A DNA stretch of 33,060 nucleotides, taken from Nitrospinota bacterium (GTDB taxonomy: Bacteria; JADFOP01). The first letter of the stretch is position 1. The number at the start of each line of letters is the position of its first letter. The stretch lies in the NCBI GenBank assembly GCA_022562795.1, contig JADFOP010000022.1:1-33060 (forward strand), written 5' to 3'. Positions 9,571 to 20,028 of the stretch are shown one piece after another. The translations under genes were made by a program, and so were the position numbers. The notes beneath the pieces are model-generated. The model saw only the letters and a program-made list of their open reading frames with translations. It had not been told where the DNA came from and did not search any database.

Positions 9571-11811
9571 ATGTCTGAAAAACTCATAACACCCGAGCTC
9601 ATCGCTGAGCACGGCCTGACAGAGGCCGAGCACGGCCGCATTGTTGAGCTCTTAGGACGGAATCCAAACCATCTGGAACTTGGCATTTTCTCCGTCATGT
9701 GGTCCGAGCATTGTTCCTATAAGAGCTCCAAGGCGCATCTGAAGAAGTTGCCCACCGACGGGCCACACGTCTTGCAGGGGCCTGGTGAGAATGCCGGGGT
9801 TGTTGATATCGGGGACGGCCTCGCTCTCGTCTTTAAGATTGAAAGCCATAATCACCCCTCCTTCATCGAGCCCTTTCAGGGCGCGGCGACCGGCGTGGGA
9901 GGAATCCTTCGGGACATTTTCACGATGGGGGCCAGGCCTCTGGCGAGCCTGAACAGCCTTCGGTTCGGCCCGCTCGATATTCCAAAAAACCGCTACCTGA
10001 TGGAGGGTGTCGTGGCCGGCATCGCCTCCTACGGCAACTGCATAGGCGTGCCCACAATCGGCGGGGAGATTCAATTCAGCGAGGTCTACAACGGAAACCC
10101 CCTCGTGAACGTATTCAACATGGGGCTTGCGCGCCACGACCACATTTTCCTCGGAAGAGCCGACGGGGTCGGAAACGCCGTCATGTACGTTGGCAGCAAG
10201 ACGGGACGCGACGGAATCCACGGGGCCACCATGGCGAGCGAGGATTTCGACGAGACGAGCGAGGAGCGCCGACCGACAGTCCAGGTTGGCGACCCCTTTA
10301 CCGAAAAGCTTCTCCTTGAGGCCTGCTTGGAGGTCATGAAAGAGGGGCTGCTCGTCGGAATTCAGGACATGGGGGCGGCTGGCCTTACCTGCTCGACCAG
10401 CGAGATGGCGAGCCGCGGGGGCTCCGGAATCTCCGTTGACTTAGCCCTCGTTCCACGGCGCGAGGAAGGGATGACCCCCTACGAGATTATGCTCTCGGAG
10501 AGCCAGGAGCGGATGTTGCTGGTCTCCAAGCCCGGCGCCGAGGGGCGCATCCGGGAGGTCTTCGCCAAATGGAACCTCGATTGCGTGACAGTCGGAGAGG
10601 TGACAGAAGACGGGTTGCTTCGGGTTACGGAGAATGGCCGCGAGCTTGCGGCCATACCCGCCAGGGCCCTTACGGACGAGGCCCCAGTCTACGACCGCCC
10701 TCAGGCTCCCCCGGAAGACCTTGCCCACCGCCAGACGCTAAATTTCGAAGAGCTCCCCGTTCCTGAAGATTGTTCGTCCCTCCTCCTGGAGCTTCTGGCC
10801 AGCCCTTCTATTGCAAGCAAGGAGTGGGTCTGGCGTCAGTACGACCACATGGTCCGTATCAACACGGTAGTGTTGCCGGGCTCGGACGCTGCCGTAATCC
10901 GCATCCCCGGCACGACCAAGGGAGTTGCGATGAGCCTCGATGGCAACGGCCGATGGTGCTGGCTTGACCCCCGGGAGGGAGGCAAGAGGGCTGTGGCCGA
11001 GGCGGCCCGCAATGTCGTCTGCTCGGGGGCTCGTCCTCTGGCTATCACGAACTGTCTCAACTTCGGCAACCCGGAGAGGGGGTCTACCATGTGGGCGTTT
11101 GCAGAGGTGGTGGAAGGGATGGCCGAGGCCTGCCGGGCCCTGGCGACCCCTGTGACGGGGGGCAACGTCTCGTTCTACAACGAGACCCTGGGCACGGCCG
11201 TCTACCCGACCCCCGTTGTGGGCGTGGTAGGGCTCTTGGAGGACATATCCCACCACATGACCCAATGGTTCAAGGACGAAGGAGACGTGGTCGTGCTGTT
11301 GGGCCCGGCGTCCGAAGAGGTCGCCGGCAGCGAGTACCTGGCCGTCGCCCACGGCCTCGTCCGCGGACGGCCATCCATCGATCTGGAAATGGAGCGCTCG
11401 TTGCAGGAGCTCATCCTCAGCGCCAACGGAGAGGGCCTTCTAAAAAGCGCCCACGATGTGAGCGACGGAGGCCTTGCAGTGGCCCTGGCCGAGTCAGGCT
11501 TCAGACCCTCTGGACATCCCCTGGGATGCTCTGTATCTTTAGAAGTGAAGACCCGCCCCGATGCGGCTCTCTTTGGAGAAGCCCCTTCGCGCGTGGTTGT
11601 ATCGTGCGCTCCAGAGAGCGGGCGGCGCCTCCAGGTCTTGGCTGAGGAGCAGGGGGTACCCTTCGCCGTCCTGGGGACTGTAGAGGGAGAGAACCTCGTC
11701 GTCGTGGACTCCAGCGGTCGATCCCTCATCTCTGTTGAAGTGTCCGAGGCCAAGCAGCGCTGGCAGAGTGGAGTGGCTGGCTTCTTCGAGCGCCCTATTA
11801 AGAGTAATTAA
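9571..11811 (+). CDS. purL: FGAM synthase subunit PurL (small form)
   Basis: [63 protein letters not shown]. Confidence 0.98.
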   Translation: MSEKLITPELIAEHGLTEAEHGRIVELLGRNPNHLELGIFSVMWSEHCSYKSSKAHLKKLPTDGPHVLQGPGENAGVVDIGDGLALVFKIESHNHPSFIEPFQGAATGVGGILRDIFTMGARPLASLNSLRFGPLDIPKNRYLMEGVVAGIASYGNCIGVPTIGGEIQFSEVYNGNPLVNVFNMGLARHDHIFLGRADGVGNAVMYVGSKTGRDGIHGATMASEDFDETSEERRPTVQVGDPFTEKLLLEACLEVMKEGLLVGIQDMGAAGLTCSTSEMASRGGSGISVDLALVPRREEGMTPYEIMLSESQERMLLVSKPGAEGRIREVFAKWNLDCVTVGEVTEDGLLRVTENGRELAAIPARALTDEAPVYDRPQAPPEDLAHRQTLNFEELPVPEDCSSLLLELLASPSIASKEWVWRQYDHMVRINTVVLPGSDAAVIRIPGTTKGVAMSLDGNGRWCWLDPREGGKRAVAEAARNVVCSGARPLAITNCLNFGNPERGSTMWAFAEVVEGMAEACRALATPVTGGNVSFYNETLGTAVYPTPVVGVVGLLEDISHHMTQWFKDEGDVVVLLGPASEEVAGSEYLAVAHGLVRGRPSIDLEMERSLQELILSANGEGLLKSAHDVSDGGLAVALAESGFRPSGHPLGCSVSLEVKTRPDAALFGEAPSRVVVSCAPESGRRLQVLAEEQGVPFAVLGTVEGENLVVVDSSGRSLISVEVSEAKQRWQSGVAGFFERPIKSN

Positions 11812-11826
11812 ATAGGCCAGTGAGAC

Positions 11827-13233
11827 ATGTTTGATTCTTTTAACGAAGAGTGCGCCGTCTTTGGTATTTTCAACCATCCTGAGGCGGCCAACATGACCTA
11901 TCTCGGCCTCTACGCCCTTCAGCACAGAGGCCAGGAATCAGCAGGGATCGTTGCTTCCGATGGAAAGGAGCTCCATCTGGAAGTGGCTATGGGGCTCGTG
12001 GCCGACATTTTTAACGCCGAGAGGCTCTCGCTTCTGCCCGGGCGCATCGCCATAGGGCACACCCGTTATTCCACCTACGGCACTAGTCAGCTTAAGAACG
12101 CTCAACCCATCGCTATCGATTATGCCCACGGCTCCCTCGCTCTCGCCCACAACGGAAACCTCGTCAACGCCGACAAGCTCCGCCGGGAGCTCGAAGCGGG
12201 CGGGAGCATCTTCCGCTCGACGATGGACAGCGAGGTCATCGTTCACCTCATTGCCCGAAGCGAGCGAGAGCTGCTGGTGGATCGGATCGTCGAGGCCGTC
12301 GAGCAGGTGCGCGGGGCGTACTCGCTGGCTATCATGAGCCCAAGCGAGCTCATTGCGGTGCGGGACCCTTACGGTTTCCGCCCACTCTGCTTGGGTAAGC
12401 TTCGGGATGCGTACGTTCTGGCGAGCGAGACATGCGCCCTCGATCTGATCGAGGCCGAGTACGTGAGGGATATAGAGCCGGGGGAGGTTTTAGTCATCAA
12501 CGAGGACGGGTTGACGAGCCACTCCCCCTTTCCCAGTGTCCAGCACGCCCAGTGCATTTTCGAGTTTGTCTACTTTTCCCGGCCCGATAGCATGATCTTC
12601 AACCGCTCTGTCCACGAAGTCAGGAAGGCCCTCGGCCAGCGGCTTGCCAAAGAGGCCTACGTGGGCGTAGATGTCGTCGTTCCCGTGCCGGACAGTGGCG
12701 TGCCCGCCGCGCTGGGCTATGCCGAGGAGAGCGGGACGCCCTTTGATTTGGCCCTCATCCGCAACCACTACGTCGGCCGCACCTTCATCGAGCCCCAGGA
12801 GTCCATTCGTCACTTCGGGGTCAAAGTAAAGCTCAACCCCATCAAGCGGCTTCTTGAGGGGCGTCGCGTGGTTCTTATCGACGATTCCATCGTCAGGGGT
12901 ACGACCAGTCGAAAGATCGTCACCATGGTTCGCCAGGCTGGGGCCAAAGAGGTCCACATGAGGGTCTCCTCACCTCCGATTACCCATCCTTGTTTCTACG
13001 GGATTGACACGCCGACCCGCGAAGAGTTGATCGGCTCAAGCCATTCAGTGGAAGAGACTCGTAAATACATCACGGCCGACAGCCTGGAGTACCTCTCCCT
13101 CGACGGGCTCCTCTCGACCGTCCATCCTAATCAAAACAGCTACTGCAGAGCCTGCTTCACCGGCGACTACCCGGTCGAAATTCCCTTGAAGGGCCGCCCC
13201 CAGGTCGAGCTATTTGAAGAAGCTCCCACGTAA
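11827..13233 (+). CDS. purF: Amidophosphoribosyltransferase, propeptide and [4Fe-4S] type
   Basis: [13 protein letters not shown] propeptide and Ntn Cys, [25 protein letters not shown]. Fe-S Cys ligands in CIFE, PCFYGID and CRAC. Confidence 0.98.
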   Translation: MFDSFNEECAVFGIFNHPEAANMTYLGLYALQHRGQESAGIVASDGKELHLEVAMGLVADIFNAERLSLLPGRIAIGHTRYSTYGTSQLKNAQPIAIDYAHGSLALAHNGNLVNADKLRRELEAGGSIFRSTMDSEVIVHLIARSERELLVDRIVEAVEQVRGAYSLAIMSPSELIAVRDPYGFRPLCLGKLRDAYVLASETCALDLIEAEYVRDIEPGEVLVINEDGLTSHSPFPSVQHAQCIFEFVYFSRPDSMIFNRSVHEVRKALGQRLAKEAYVGVDVVVPVPDSGVPAALGYAEESGTPFDLALIRNHYVGRTFIEPQESIRHFGVKVKLNPIKRLLEGRRVVLIDDSIVRGTTSRKIVTMVRQAGAKEVHMRVSSPPITHPCFYGIDTPTREELIGSSHSVEETRKYITADSLEYLSLDGLLSTVHPNQNSYCRACFTGDYPVEIPLKGRPQVELFEEAPT

Positions 13234-13350
13234 GGCAAGAAGCGAGTCTTTGATAAGCTAAGCCCTCCTTGCCGTCCCGCCTGATTGACATTTAATAACC
13301 TGTTGCTAAAGCCTAAATTTTCTTCCGAGTTCCCATTACCAAGTGAGTTT

Positions 13351-13659
13351 TTAAGAGGGAGGCTGTTCTTCGCTCTCATCCTTCGAGGCTGCCTCTTTCT
13401 CCGTGCTCTCGTCTTCAACCTCTGGAAATGAGACCTTCCGTCGGTTGCGCTCCCGCCAACTGCGGATAATCCCCGCACCCTCGATTAGAAGGTAGGCTAT
13501 CAGCGCCCCTCCAAAGAAGGCTATGCTGACGACGACCCCAAGGGGTTGGGTCATCTGGACGAGGCCGAAAATGGAGATGGTGGCCGGTTGGAGGTTAAGG
13601 ATGATAAAGCCGACCGTCACAAGTAGAAAAACAAAGATGGTTGCGGCGGCGGCGCGCAT
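13351..13659 (-). CDS. LapA-like (DUF1049-type) small membrane protein
   Basis: Two TM segments with the F..LN.Q...I pattern and PLGVVVSIAFFGGAL, then a charged tail. It follows rsfS. Confidence 0.6.
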   Translation of the reverse strand: MRAAAATIFVFLLVTVGFIILNLQPATISIFGLVQMTQPLGVVVSIAFFGGALIAYLLIEGAGIIRSWRERNRRKVSFPEVEDESTEKEAASKDESEEQPPS

Positions 13660-13673
13660 CGGCGGTGAGCCTT

Positions 13674-14051
13674 CTAATCAGGTGGGTAGAGTTGAGGGGC
13701 GTGGCCCCATAGCCTCTCCAGGTCGTAAAACCGGCGGGTCTCTTCGAAGAAAACATGTATGACCAAGTCGCCGAAATCGAGAAGAATCCACCGGCCCTCC
13801 TTGTATCCCTCAACGCCCAAAGCCCGCACTCCTTTTTCCTTCATCATCTCCAGCAGGTGATCGGTTATCGCCTGCACCAGCCGGTCGGAGCTTCCGTGGC
13901 AAATCAAAAAATAATCCGTCATGGAAGAAACTCCTCTCAGGTCGAGGACCAGCACCTCTTCTGCCTTTTTCTCTTCAACCATTGAGACACAGAGGGCGAC
14001 CTTCTCTTCCAGGGCGATGGCGGGCTTTTTAGGCTGAGGATTGTTTCTCAT
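13674..14051 (-). CDS. rsfS: Ribosome silencing factor (Iojap)
   Basis: EKKAEEVLVLDL, TDYFLIC.G.SDR.VQAI, WILLDFGDLVIHVF..ETRRFYDLERLW. Confidence 0.96.
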   Translation of the reverse strand: MRNNPQPKKPAIALEEKVALCVSMVEEKKAEEVLVLDLRGVSSMTDYFLICHGSSDRLVQAITDHLLEMMKEKGVRALGVEGYKEGRWILLDFGDLVIHVFFEETRRFYDLERLWGHAPQLYPPD

Positions 14052-14752
14052 CGCGGCTCCTTATATAGGGAGTGACGGCGGATGTAGTGCTCGACCGACT
14101 CTGGAACCAGGTAGCGGATGGAGCGCCCAGCCCCCACCCGCTCGCGGATGTCCGTGGAAGATATATCGAGATGGACTATGGGGACGAGGTAGATCAACTT
14201 CTCCGAAGTTGCAGCTTGAAGAGTCTCAGCCCCGTATGCCTCATCAAAACCAGAGACAAATTTAAGGTTAGGATGCCTGGAAGTGATTTTTTTTTCTAAG
14301 TTGTGGAGGAGGCCCTGGGGTGGGTAGCCAGGCCTGCTGGTCACCACGAAGTGAGCCAACTTAAAAAGACCCTCCACATCTTTCCATGAGTGAATCTCCA
14401 TAAACGCATCGGTGCCTATAATGAAATATAGCTCCACCGGGGTCTCCGTTTTCCTCTTCAGCTCCCGCATGGTATCGACGGTGTAGGAGGGGCCGGGCCT
14501 TTCGATCTCGACAGATGATACGGTGAAGGCGTCGTTGTCGGCAGTGGCGGCCTCGGTCATTCTAAGCCGGTGGGCAGGGTCTATGAGTTGGGTTGCTTCT
14601 TTGTGAGGAGGCCGGGCCGCGGGAACGAAGAGCACCTCCGAGAGGCCGAACCGTTCTCGAAGCTCTTCTGCGGAGCGAAGATGCCCCATGTGTATGGGGT
14701 CGAACGTTCCCCCTAAGACGCCTAGCCGTACGGGTTCCCGGGGGACGGTCAT
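14048..14752 (-). CDS. nadD: Nicotinate-nucleotide adenylyltransferase
   Basis: GGTFDPIHMGH, PPHK, SYTVDT, FIIGTD, ISSTDIR. Start set at ATG 14752, just after the proA stop. Confidence 0.96.
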   Translation of the reverse strand: MTVPREPVRLGVLGGTFDPIHMGHLRSAEELRERFGLSEVLFVPAARPPHKEATQLIDPAHRLRMTEAATADNDAFTVSSVEIERPGPSYTVDTMRELKRKTETPVELYFIIGTDAFMEIHSWKDVEGLFKLAHFVVTSRPGYPPQGLLHNLEKKITSRHPNLKFVSGFDEAYGAETLQAATSEKLIYLVPIVHLDISSTDIRERVGAGRSIRYLVPESVEHYIRRHSLYKEPR

Positions 14753-14753
14753 C

Positions 14754-16022
14754 TCAGGTGCGGACCTGACCATCGCCGAAGATAAAGTATTTAACGCTCG
14801 TCAGGTCAGCCAGCCCGACGGGCCCCCTGACGTGGAGCTTGGATGTGGAGACTCCCATCTCGGCGCCGAGGCCGAACTCGTTTCCGTCGGTGAATCGGGT
14901 GGAGGCGTTGACGAAAACGCAGGCCGAGTCAACCTCCCTGAGAAATCGTCTGGCCGTCGTGTAATTGTTGGTTATGATGGCTTCGGTGAGCCGAGAGCTG
15001 TGCCGCTCTATGTGCGCCAATGCCTCTTCGTAGCCCTCCAGCACCTTTACCGAGAGGATGAGGTCGAGGTGCTCGGCGTCCCAGTCCTCCTCGGTGGCGG
15101 GAACCACGTCGTCCCCCAGCGCTTGGGTTTTTTCGCAGCCTCGGATTTCCACTCCCCTTTGCTGAAGCTCTTTAAGCAGAGATGGCAGCAGGGTAGGGGC
15201 GATGGCTTCGTGGACCAGGAGCGTCTCGACCGCGTTGCAGACCCCTGGGCGCTGGGTCTTGGCGTTGATGACTATGTCCTCCGCCATGGAGTGATCGGCT
15301 TCAGCGTCAATGTAGATGTGCACGATACCCTTGTCATGCTTGAGGACAGGGATGGTTGAGGCCTCGGTAACCGCCCTGACGAGCCCTTCGCCACCCCGAG
15401 GGATAATGACGTCGATGAGCTTGTCGAGCTTGAGCATCGCCGATACCACAGCTCTGTCGGTCTCCTCGAGAAATTGAATGGCTCCGGCAGGAATTCCGGC
15501 TTCGGCTGCGGCCTGTTTGATGACGCCGGCGATGGCGGCATTGGAATGAATGGCCTCGGAGCCCCCTCGAAGGATGACCGCGTTGCCGCTCTTCAGACAC
15601 AGCCCGGCGGTGTCGGACGTGACGTTGGGCCTCGACTCGTAGATGATGCCGATGACCCCCAGGGGCACTCTGACTCGGCCCACCTCGAGCCCGTTGGGCC
15701 GCCGCCACGTGCCGAGAACCTCCCCCACGGGGTCGGGAAGTGCGGCCACTTCGCTTAAGCCCCTGGCCATCTCTTCGACTCGAGCCTCCGTGAGAGTGAG
15801 CCGGTCGATCATCGCCTTCGTCAAGCCCTTTTCCTCGGCGCCGACAAGGTCTTCGGCATTGGCCTCGAGGAGAACCTTGGTTTGGTCCACCAGGGCTTGG
15901 GCCATAGCGAGGAGGGCAGCGTCCTTAACGGCCGTGCTCAGCGCGGCCAGGCTCCGGGAGGCGCGTTTCGCCTCCTCAGCTTTAGCCGAAACGTAAGCAT
16001 CCCAGGGGTTTTTCTCCGTCAT
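14754..16022 (-). CDS. proA: Glutamate-5-semialdehyde dehydrogenase
   Basis: VPLGVIGIIYESRPNVT, RGGSEA, RPGVCNAVET, NASTRFTDG.EFGLGAEMGVSTSKLHVRGP. Confidence 0.98.
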   Translation of the reverse strand: MTEKNPWDAYVSAKAEEAKRASRSLAALSTAVKDAALLAMAQALVDQTKVLLEANAEDLVGAEEKGLTKAMIDRLTLTEARVEEMARGLSEVAALPDPVGEVLGTWRRPNGLEVGRVRVPLGVIGIIYESRPNVTSDTAGLCLKSGNAVILRGGSEAIHSNAAIAGVIKQAAAEAGIPAGAIQFLEETDRAVVSAMLKLDKLIDVIIPRGGEGLVRAVTEASTIPVLKHDKGIVHIYIDAEADHSMAEDIVINAKTQRPGVCNAVETLLVHEAIAPTLLPSLLKELQQRGVEIRGCEKTQALGDDVVPATEEDWDAEHLDLILSVKVLEGYEEALAHIERHSSRLTEAIITNNYTTARRFLREVDSACVFVNASTRFTDGNEFGLGAEMGVSTSKLHVRGPVGLADLTSVKYFIFGDGQVRT

Positions 16023-16032
16023 GGGACGTTCC

Positions 16033-17172
16033 TCATAGGTCTATTAGCACAAGGTTATCACGGTGGACGACTTCGTCGTAGTATTTGTAGCCGAGAAGCG
16101 CCTCGATATCCTTGGTATGATGCCCCTGAATCTTCCTCAGCTCATCCAATGTATAGTTTGAAAGGCCTCGGCCGATTTCTTTTCCGTTCAGGCCCTGAAG
16201 GCTAACGGCATCTCCATACTCAAAACGCCCCTCCACTTTTACAATGCCGCTCGGCAGCAGACTCTTTCCTCTCTTGGTGATTGCTTGCATCGCTCCCTCG
16301 TCCACGGTGATCGAGCCTTTGGGCTTGAGGGTGTAGCGAAGCCAATGTTTGCGAGCGGCCATGCGGTCCTTGTCCGGGAGGAAGAATGTCCCCACTTTAT
16401 CGCCCTCCAGCGCTTGGCGTATGACGTCGGGCTGTCGGCCGCTGACGATAATTGTTGGAATGCCCATGAGCCCCGCGCTTTTGGCCGCCTGGACCTTCGT
16501 GGCCATCCCTCCGCTGCCCACGTCGGAGGTTGGTAGGCCGGCCGCCTGCTCTATCTCCGGCGTTATAGCCTCGACCTCTGTCAGCAGCCGCGCCCCTTCA
16601 TCCCTTGTGGGGTCGCCGGTGTAGAGGCCCTCCACGTCGGAGACGACGATCAAAAGCTGCGCCTGGGCCATCGTGGCCACCGTGGCCGAGAGGAGATCGT
16701 TGTCTCCCATTTTAATCTCGTCGACGCTAACCGTATCGTTCTCGTTGATTATGGGGATGACCCCGAAAGAGAGCAGCTCCCCGAGGGTGTTCTTGGCGTT
16801 CAGGAAGCGATGGCGGTTGGCGAGGTCATCATGGGTAAGGAGGACCTGGGCAACCTGGTGGCCCGCCTCCTGGAAATTTCGCTCGTACTCCCAGATGAGA
16901 ATGCTTTGGCCGACGGCGGCCGCGGCCTGTTTCTTCGGCATGCTCTGTGGAACGGATGGGAGGCCGAGCTGCCGGATGCCTGCGGCGATGGCCCCGGATG
17001 ATACGATGATAATCTCCATCCCTTCGTCTTTCAACGCGGCTACCTGAGATACGAGGTTTCGGATCATCTCGGTGTTCAGCGTGTGGTCAGGAGAGGCGAG
17101 GATGTAGCTCCCGACCTTGATGACAACCCGCTTGATATTGGACAAAAAGGGTTTTCGCAGGGAGGATTTCAT
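16033..17172 (-). CDS. proB: Glutamate 5-kinase with PUA domain
   Basis: VIKVGS, VSSGAIAAG, INENDTV, GDNDLLSA, GSGGMATK, C-terminal PUA (VDEGA...SLLPSGI). Confidence 0.98.
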   Translation of the reverse strand: MKSSLRKPFLSNIKRVVIKVGSYILASPDHTLNTEMIRNLVSQVAALKDEGMEIIIVSSGAIAAGIRQLGLPSVPQSMPKKQAAAAVGQSILIWEYERNFQEAGHQVAQVLLTHDDLANRHRFLNAKNTLGELLSFGVIPIINENDTVSVDEIKMGDNDLLSATVATMAQAQLLIVVSDVEGLYTGDPTRDEGARLLTEVEAITPEIEQAAGLPTSDVGSGGMATKVQAAKSAGLMGIPTIIVSGRQPDVIRQALEGDKVGTFFLPDKDRMAARKHWLRYTLKPKGSITVDEGAMQAITKRGKSLLPSGIVKVEGRFEYGDAVSLQGLNGKEIGRGLSNYTLDELRKIQGHHTKDIEALLGYKYYDEVVHRDNLVLIDL

Positions 17173-18176
17173 CAGGTTATCGCCGAGGCCATCTCGTGGG
17201 CAATGGCGTTCATGAGCGCATCGACCCCGTCGCCCGTAACGGCGCTGATGGGGTAGGGAACGATCCCCTTGCTCTCAAAGTAAGAGCGGTGCCGCTCGAA
17301 GTTCGCCCTGGCCTCCGGTATGTCCATCTTGTTGCAGGCAACCAGGCGAGTTTTAGCGAAGAGGCTGGAGTCGAACAGCTCCAGCTCGTTATTTAAAGCC
17401 TCAAAGTCCGCTGAGGGGCTTCGCCCAGCCTGCGGTGTGCAATCAATGAGATGAAGCAGGAGGGCCGAGCGCTCCACGTGTCTGAGAAAACGGTCCCCCA
17501 GCCCGCGGCCGGCGTGGGAGCCTTCGATCAGGCCCGGTATGTCCGCCACGACGAACGAGGAGAGATCGGGCCGCTTAACCACCCCGAGGTTTGGAACCAG
17601 CGTAGTGAAAGGGTAGTCGGCGATCTTCGGCCTCGCGGCGGAGATTCGGGATATGAGGGTTGATTTCCCCGCGTTGGGAAAGCCCATGATACCAACATCG
17701 GCCAAGAGCTTGAGCTCGATCAAGAGCCACCGCTCTTCTCCTGTTCGCCCCTCTTCAGCATGGCGTGGAGCCCGGTTGGTCGACGATTTGAAACGCGCGT
17801 TGCCTCGACCTCCACGGCCCCCGGCAGCTACGATCACCTCTTGGCCGTCTTCGGTGAGGTCGGCGAGGGTCTCGCCCGTCTCCGCATCTTTTATTATGGT
17901 TCCCAAAGGCACCGGCACGAGGCAGTCCTCTCCACCTCGGCCTACTTTGTTACTACCCTGGCCGTGGGCTCCCCGTTGAGCCTTATAGTGTTGTCGATAG
18001 GTGAAATCCAGGAGGGTGTGAAGATTGCCGTCGGCCCTCAGTACTACATCGCCCCCTTTGCCCCCGTCTCCCCCATCGGGCCCTCCCCGGGGGACGAATT
18101 TCTCGCGCCGAAAGCTGACGCAGCCCCGTCCGCCATCGCCGCCTTTTGTGCGGATTTTAGCTTCGTCGACAAACAT
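17172..18176 (-). CDS. obgE: GTPase Obg/CgtA
   Basis: MFVDE, FRREKFVPRGGPDGGDGG, G.PNAGKST, YPFTTL, DIPG, NKMD, SA. Confidence 0.98.
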   Translation of the reverse strand: MFVDEAKIRTKGGDGGRGCVSFRREKFVPRGGPDGGDGGKGGDVVLRADGNLHTLLDFTYRQHYKAQRGAHGQGSNKVGRGGEDCLVPVPLGTIIKDAETGETLADLTEDGQEVIVAAGGRGGRGNARFKSSTNRAPRHAEEGRTGEERWLLIELKLLADVGIMGFPNAGKSTLISRISAARPKIADYPFTTLVPNLGVVKRPDLSSFVVADIPGLIEGSHAGRGLGDRFLRHVERSALLLHLIDCTPQAGRSPSADFEALNNELELFDSSLFAKTRLVACNKMDIPEARANFERHRSYFESKGIVPYPISAVTGDGVDALMNAIAHEMASAIT

Positions 18177-18208
18177 CGGCTCAGGCGGGCGCCCAGAGCT
18201 CGCGGTGG

Positions 18209-18466
18209 TTAATCAGTCGCCTGGACGCTGATTCGGCGCCTTGAGCGGCCCAGACGCTCAAACGTGACGACTCCGTCAACTTTGCTGAACAAAGTGTAGT
18301 CGCGGGCGACGCCAACGTTCTCTCCAGCGTGGAACGTCGTGCCCCGCTGCCGTACGAGAATGCTTCCTGCCGAGACCATTTGGCCGGCGAACCGCTTGAC
18401 ACCCAAGCGCTTGCCGATGCTGTCGCGGCCGTTTCCGCTGCTGCCGCCTGCTTTCTTATGGGCCAT
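18209..18466 (-). CDS. rpmA: 50S ribosomal protein L27
   Basis: [32 protein letters not shown]. Confidence 0.99.
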   Translation of the reverse strand: MAHKKAGGSSGNGRDSIGKRLGVKRFAGQMVSAGSILVRQRGTTFHAGENVGVARDYTLFSKVDGVVTFERLGRSRRRISVQATD

Positions 18467-18468
18467 GG

Positions 18469-18870
18469 TTAATCCTCCGCGACCGAAGGATCGGGAGCGG
18501 GATCCTTTGGCTCGCTTGCTTTTGCTGAGCTCTTCGTTGGTTTAGTTCTCGACGCCCCTGCGTCGATGCCTGTAATTTTAAGCGAGGTGAAGTTTTGGCG
18601 GTGACCCTGTTTGCGCCGATAATTCTTCCTACGTTTGTGCTTGAAGATGGTAATCTTTTTGGCACGCCCGTGGCCGACGATGTCTCCTGTAACAGTGGCG
18701 CCTTCAACAGTGGGTTCTCCCAGGGCCAGGCTTCCGTCGCCCTTGTTGACCAGGAGAACCTCATCGAGAGTAATCGCCTCGCCCACCTCTCCAGGGAGGC
18801 GCTCCACGCGGATGGTGTCGCCCTCTTGGACCTTAAGCTGTTTTCCGCCAACGGCTATAATTGCATACAC
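18469..18870 (-). CDS. rplU: 50S ribosomal protein L21 with C-terminal extension
   Basis: [31 protein letters not shown] start with SD GAGGAG. Confidence 0.98.
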   Translation of the reverse strand: MYAIIAVGGKQLKVQEGDTIRVERLPGEVGEAITLDEVLLVNKGDGSLALGEPTVEGATVTGDIVGHGRAKKITIFKHKRRKNYRRKQGHRQNFTSLKITGIDAGASRTKPTKSSAKASEPKDPAPDPSVAED

Positions 18871-18912
18871 GACCTATAATCTCCTCAGCTACACCAAATG
18901 TACCACCTATGA

Positions 18913-18941
18913 ATCCTAAATTCCAACACCTAATCTGTCAA
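18913..18941 (-). promoter_or_regulatory. Sigma70-type promoter of the rplU operon
   Basis: Minus strand TTGACA (18941-18936), 17-bp spacer, TAGGAT (18918-18913). Confidence 0.7.
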
Positions 18942-18968
18942 GGTTATTCATCTATGACGGTTTACGGT

Positions 18969-19037
18969 CTAAAACTTTGAAAGACGATCAGCCAAGAGCA
19001 GGGGCTCGGGGTGTTTAGCGCGCCTGCAGCAGGCCAA
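18969..19037 (-). pseudogene. nfi: Displaced, diverged 3' fragment of nfi (22 codons plus stop)
   Basis: Translates LACCRRAKHPEPLLLADRLSKF*, versus LACCLRTKHPEPLRLADRLSKF* at 21055-21123. Identity is 54/69 nt and 19/22 aa. Confidence 0.9.
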
Positions 19038-19177
19038 CTTGCTTGTGACATCAGATGGGATAGTTTTGAAAGGACAAGGCCGGTTTCTACTTCCTGGGTA
19101 CCTGGGTAGAAGTATCGGATGTGGCGAATGGCGTCCTATGTTCAGATATCAGAACGTGGTAAGGTGATATCCTGTTA

Positions 19178-19885
19178 ATGGTCAATTCGGCTACATTCTG
19201 TATAATTTCAACCTTTTTTTGTACCGCTTGTGTCATTGCGGGCGTATACGTAGCCGCTAGCAAACTCACCCCGGAGTTACGCAGTCGTCGTACTGTGGAA
19301 GTAACGGTCCTGGCTATTCTGTGGTTAATCTTTACCGCACTGCTTGGGCTCTCAGGATTTCTTGGAAACTTTTCTGGCATGCCCCCACGGTTAATGCTCT
19401 TCTTGCTCTTAGTGCTTGGAACAAGCACCCTCTTCGTTTTTTCCCGATGGGGAACCCTTCTCCGCGACGGATTGAGCTTGAGCACCCTCGTAGCATTTCA
19501 CTTGTTCCGCGTGTTGCCGGAAACACTCCTCTTCCTTGCCTATAAAGAAGGGATAGCTCCTGTTCAGATGTCATTTGTTGGTCATAACTTTGACATCTAT
19601 TCCGCACTCGCTGCGCCTGGTGCGGCTTTTCTAATTAAAAAGGGTGATAATAAATTCTGGGCGAGAGCGGTTGCCTGGGGTTGGAACGTTATTGGTCTCT
19701 GTTTGCTTTTCGGCGTTTTGACGGTTGCCGTTCTATCGACACCCACGCCGTTTCGGATGTATGACAACGAACCTGCAAATACTTTTGTCACTACATTTCC
19801 GTATGTTTGGCTACCTGGCGTACTTGTTTTCCTGGCGTTCGGGGGACACGTCCTCGTCGTTCGCAAATTATTGAGGGAGAAATAA
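19178..19885 (+). CDS. Uncharacterised polytopic membrane protein (about 6-7 TM)
   Basis: 235-aa hydrophobic ORF with motifs FHLFRV..E, P..M...GHNFDI, FPYVWLP..LV..A..GH. SD AAGGTG. Visibly lower GC than the flanks. Confidence 0.75.
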   Translation: MVNSATFCIISTFFCTACVIAGVYVAASKLTPELRSRRTVEVTVLAILWLIFTALLGLSGFLGNFSGMPPRLMLFLLLVLGTSTLFVFSRWGTLLRDGLSLSTLVAFHLFRVLPETLLFLAYKEGIAPVQMSFVGHNFDIYSALAAPGAAFLIKKGDNKFWARAVAWGWNVIGLCLLFGVLTVAVLSTPTPFRMYDNEPANTFVTTFPYVWLPGVLVFLAFGGHVLVVRKLLREK

Positions 19886-20028
19886 CGGGAGAGCTCAAGA
19901 TAAGATTGAGGCGTATAGCCCAACACCAGCGGAAATCATGAAGGTCTACAATAAAACTCAATTACCTATATCACGATGAGAAATCAACTATCCCACCGCC
20001 TATCCGAGGGACACCTTTCGCGAAAATT

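Noticed and set aside
13285-13312. TTGACA between convergent purF and the LapA-like gene (possible antisense promoter)
   Set aside because: The -10 is poor (TAAAGC, 16-bp spacer) and there is no downstream target gene.
17172-18176. ObgE lacks the C-terminal domain (334 aa)
   Set aside because: Short Obg forms are common in many Gram-negative lineages and all G motifs are intact.
18871-18912. L21 leader RNA
   Set aside because: The predicted 5' UTR is only about 35 nt with no convincing structure.
19087-19485. 132-aa minus-strand ORF and the many other antisense ORFs in the track
   Set aside because: They are shadow ORFs of recognisable genes in GC-rich DNA, with no motifs of their own.
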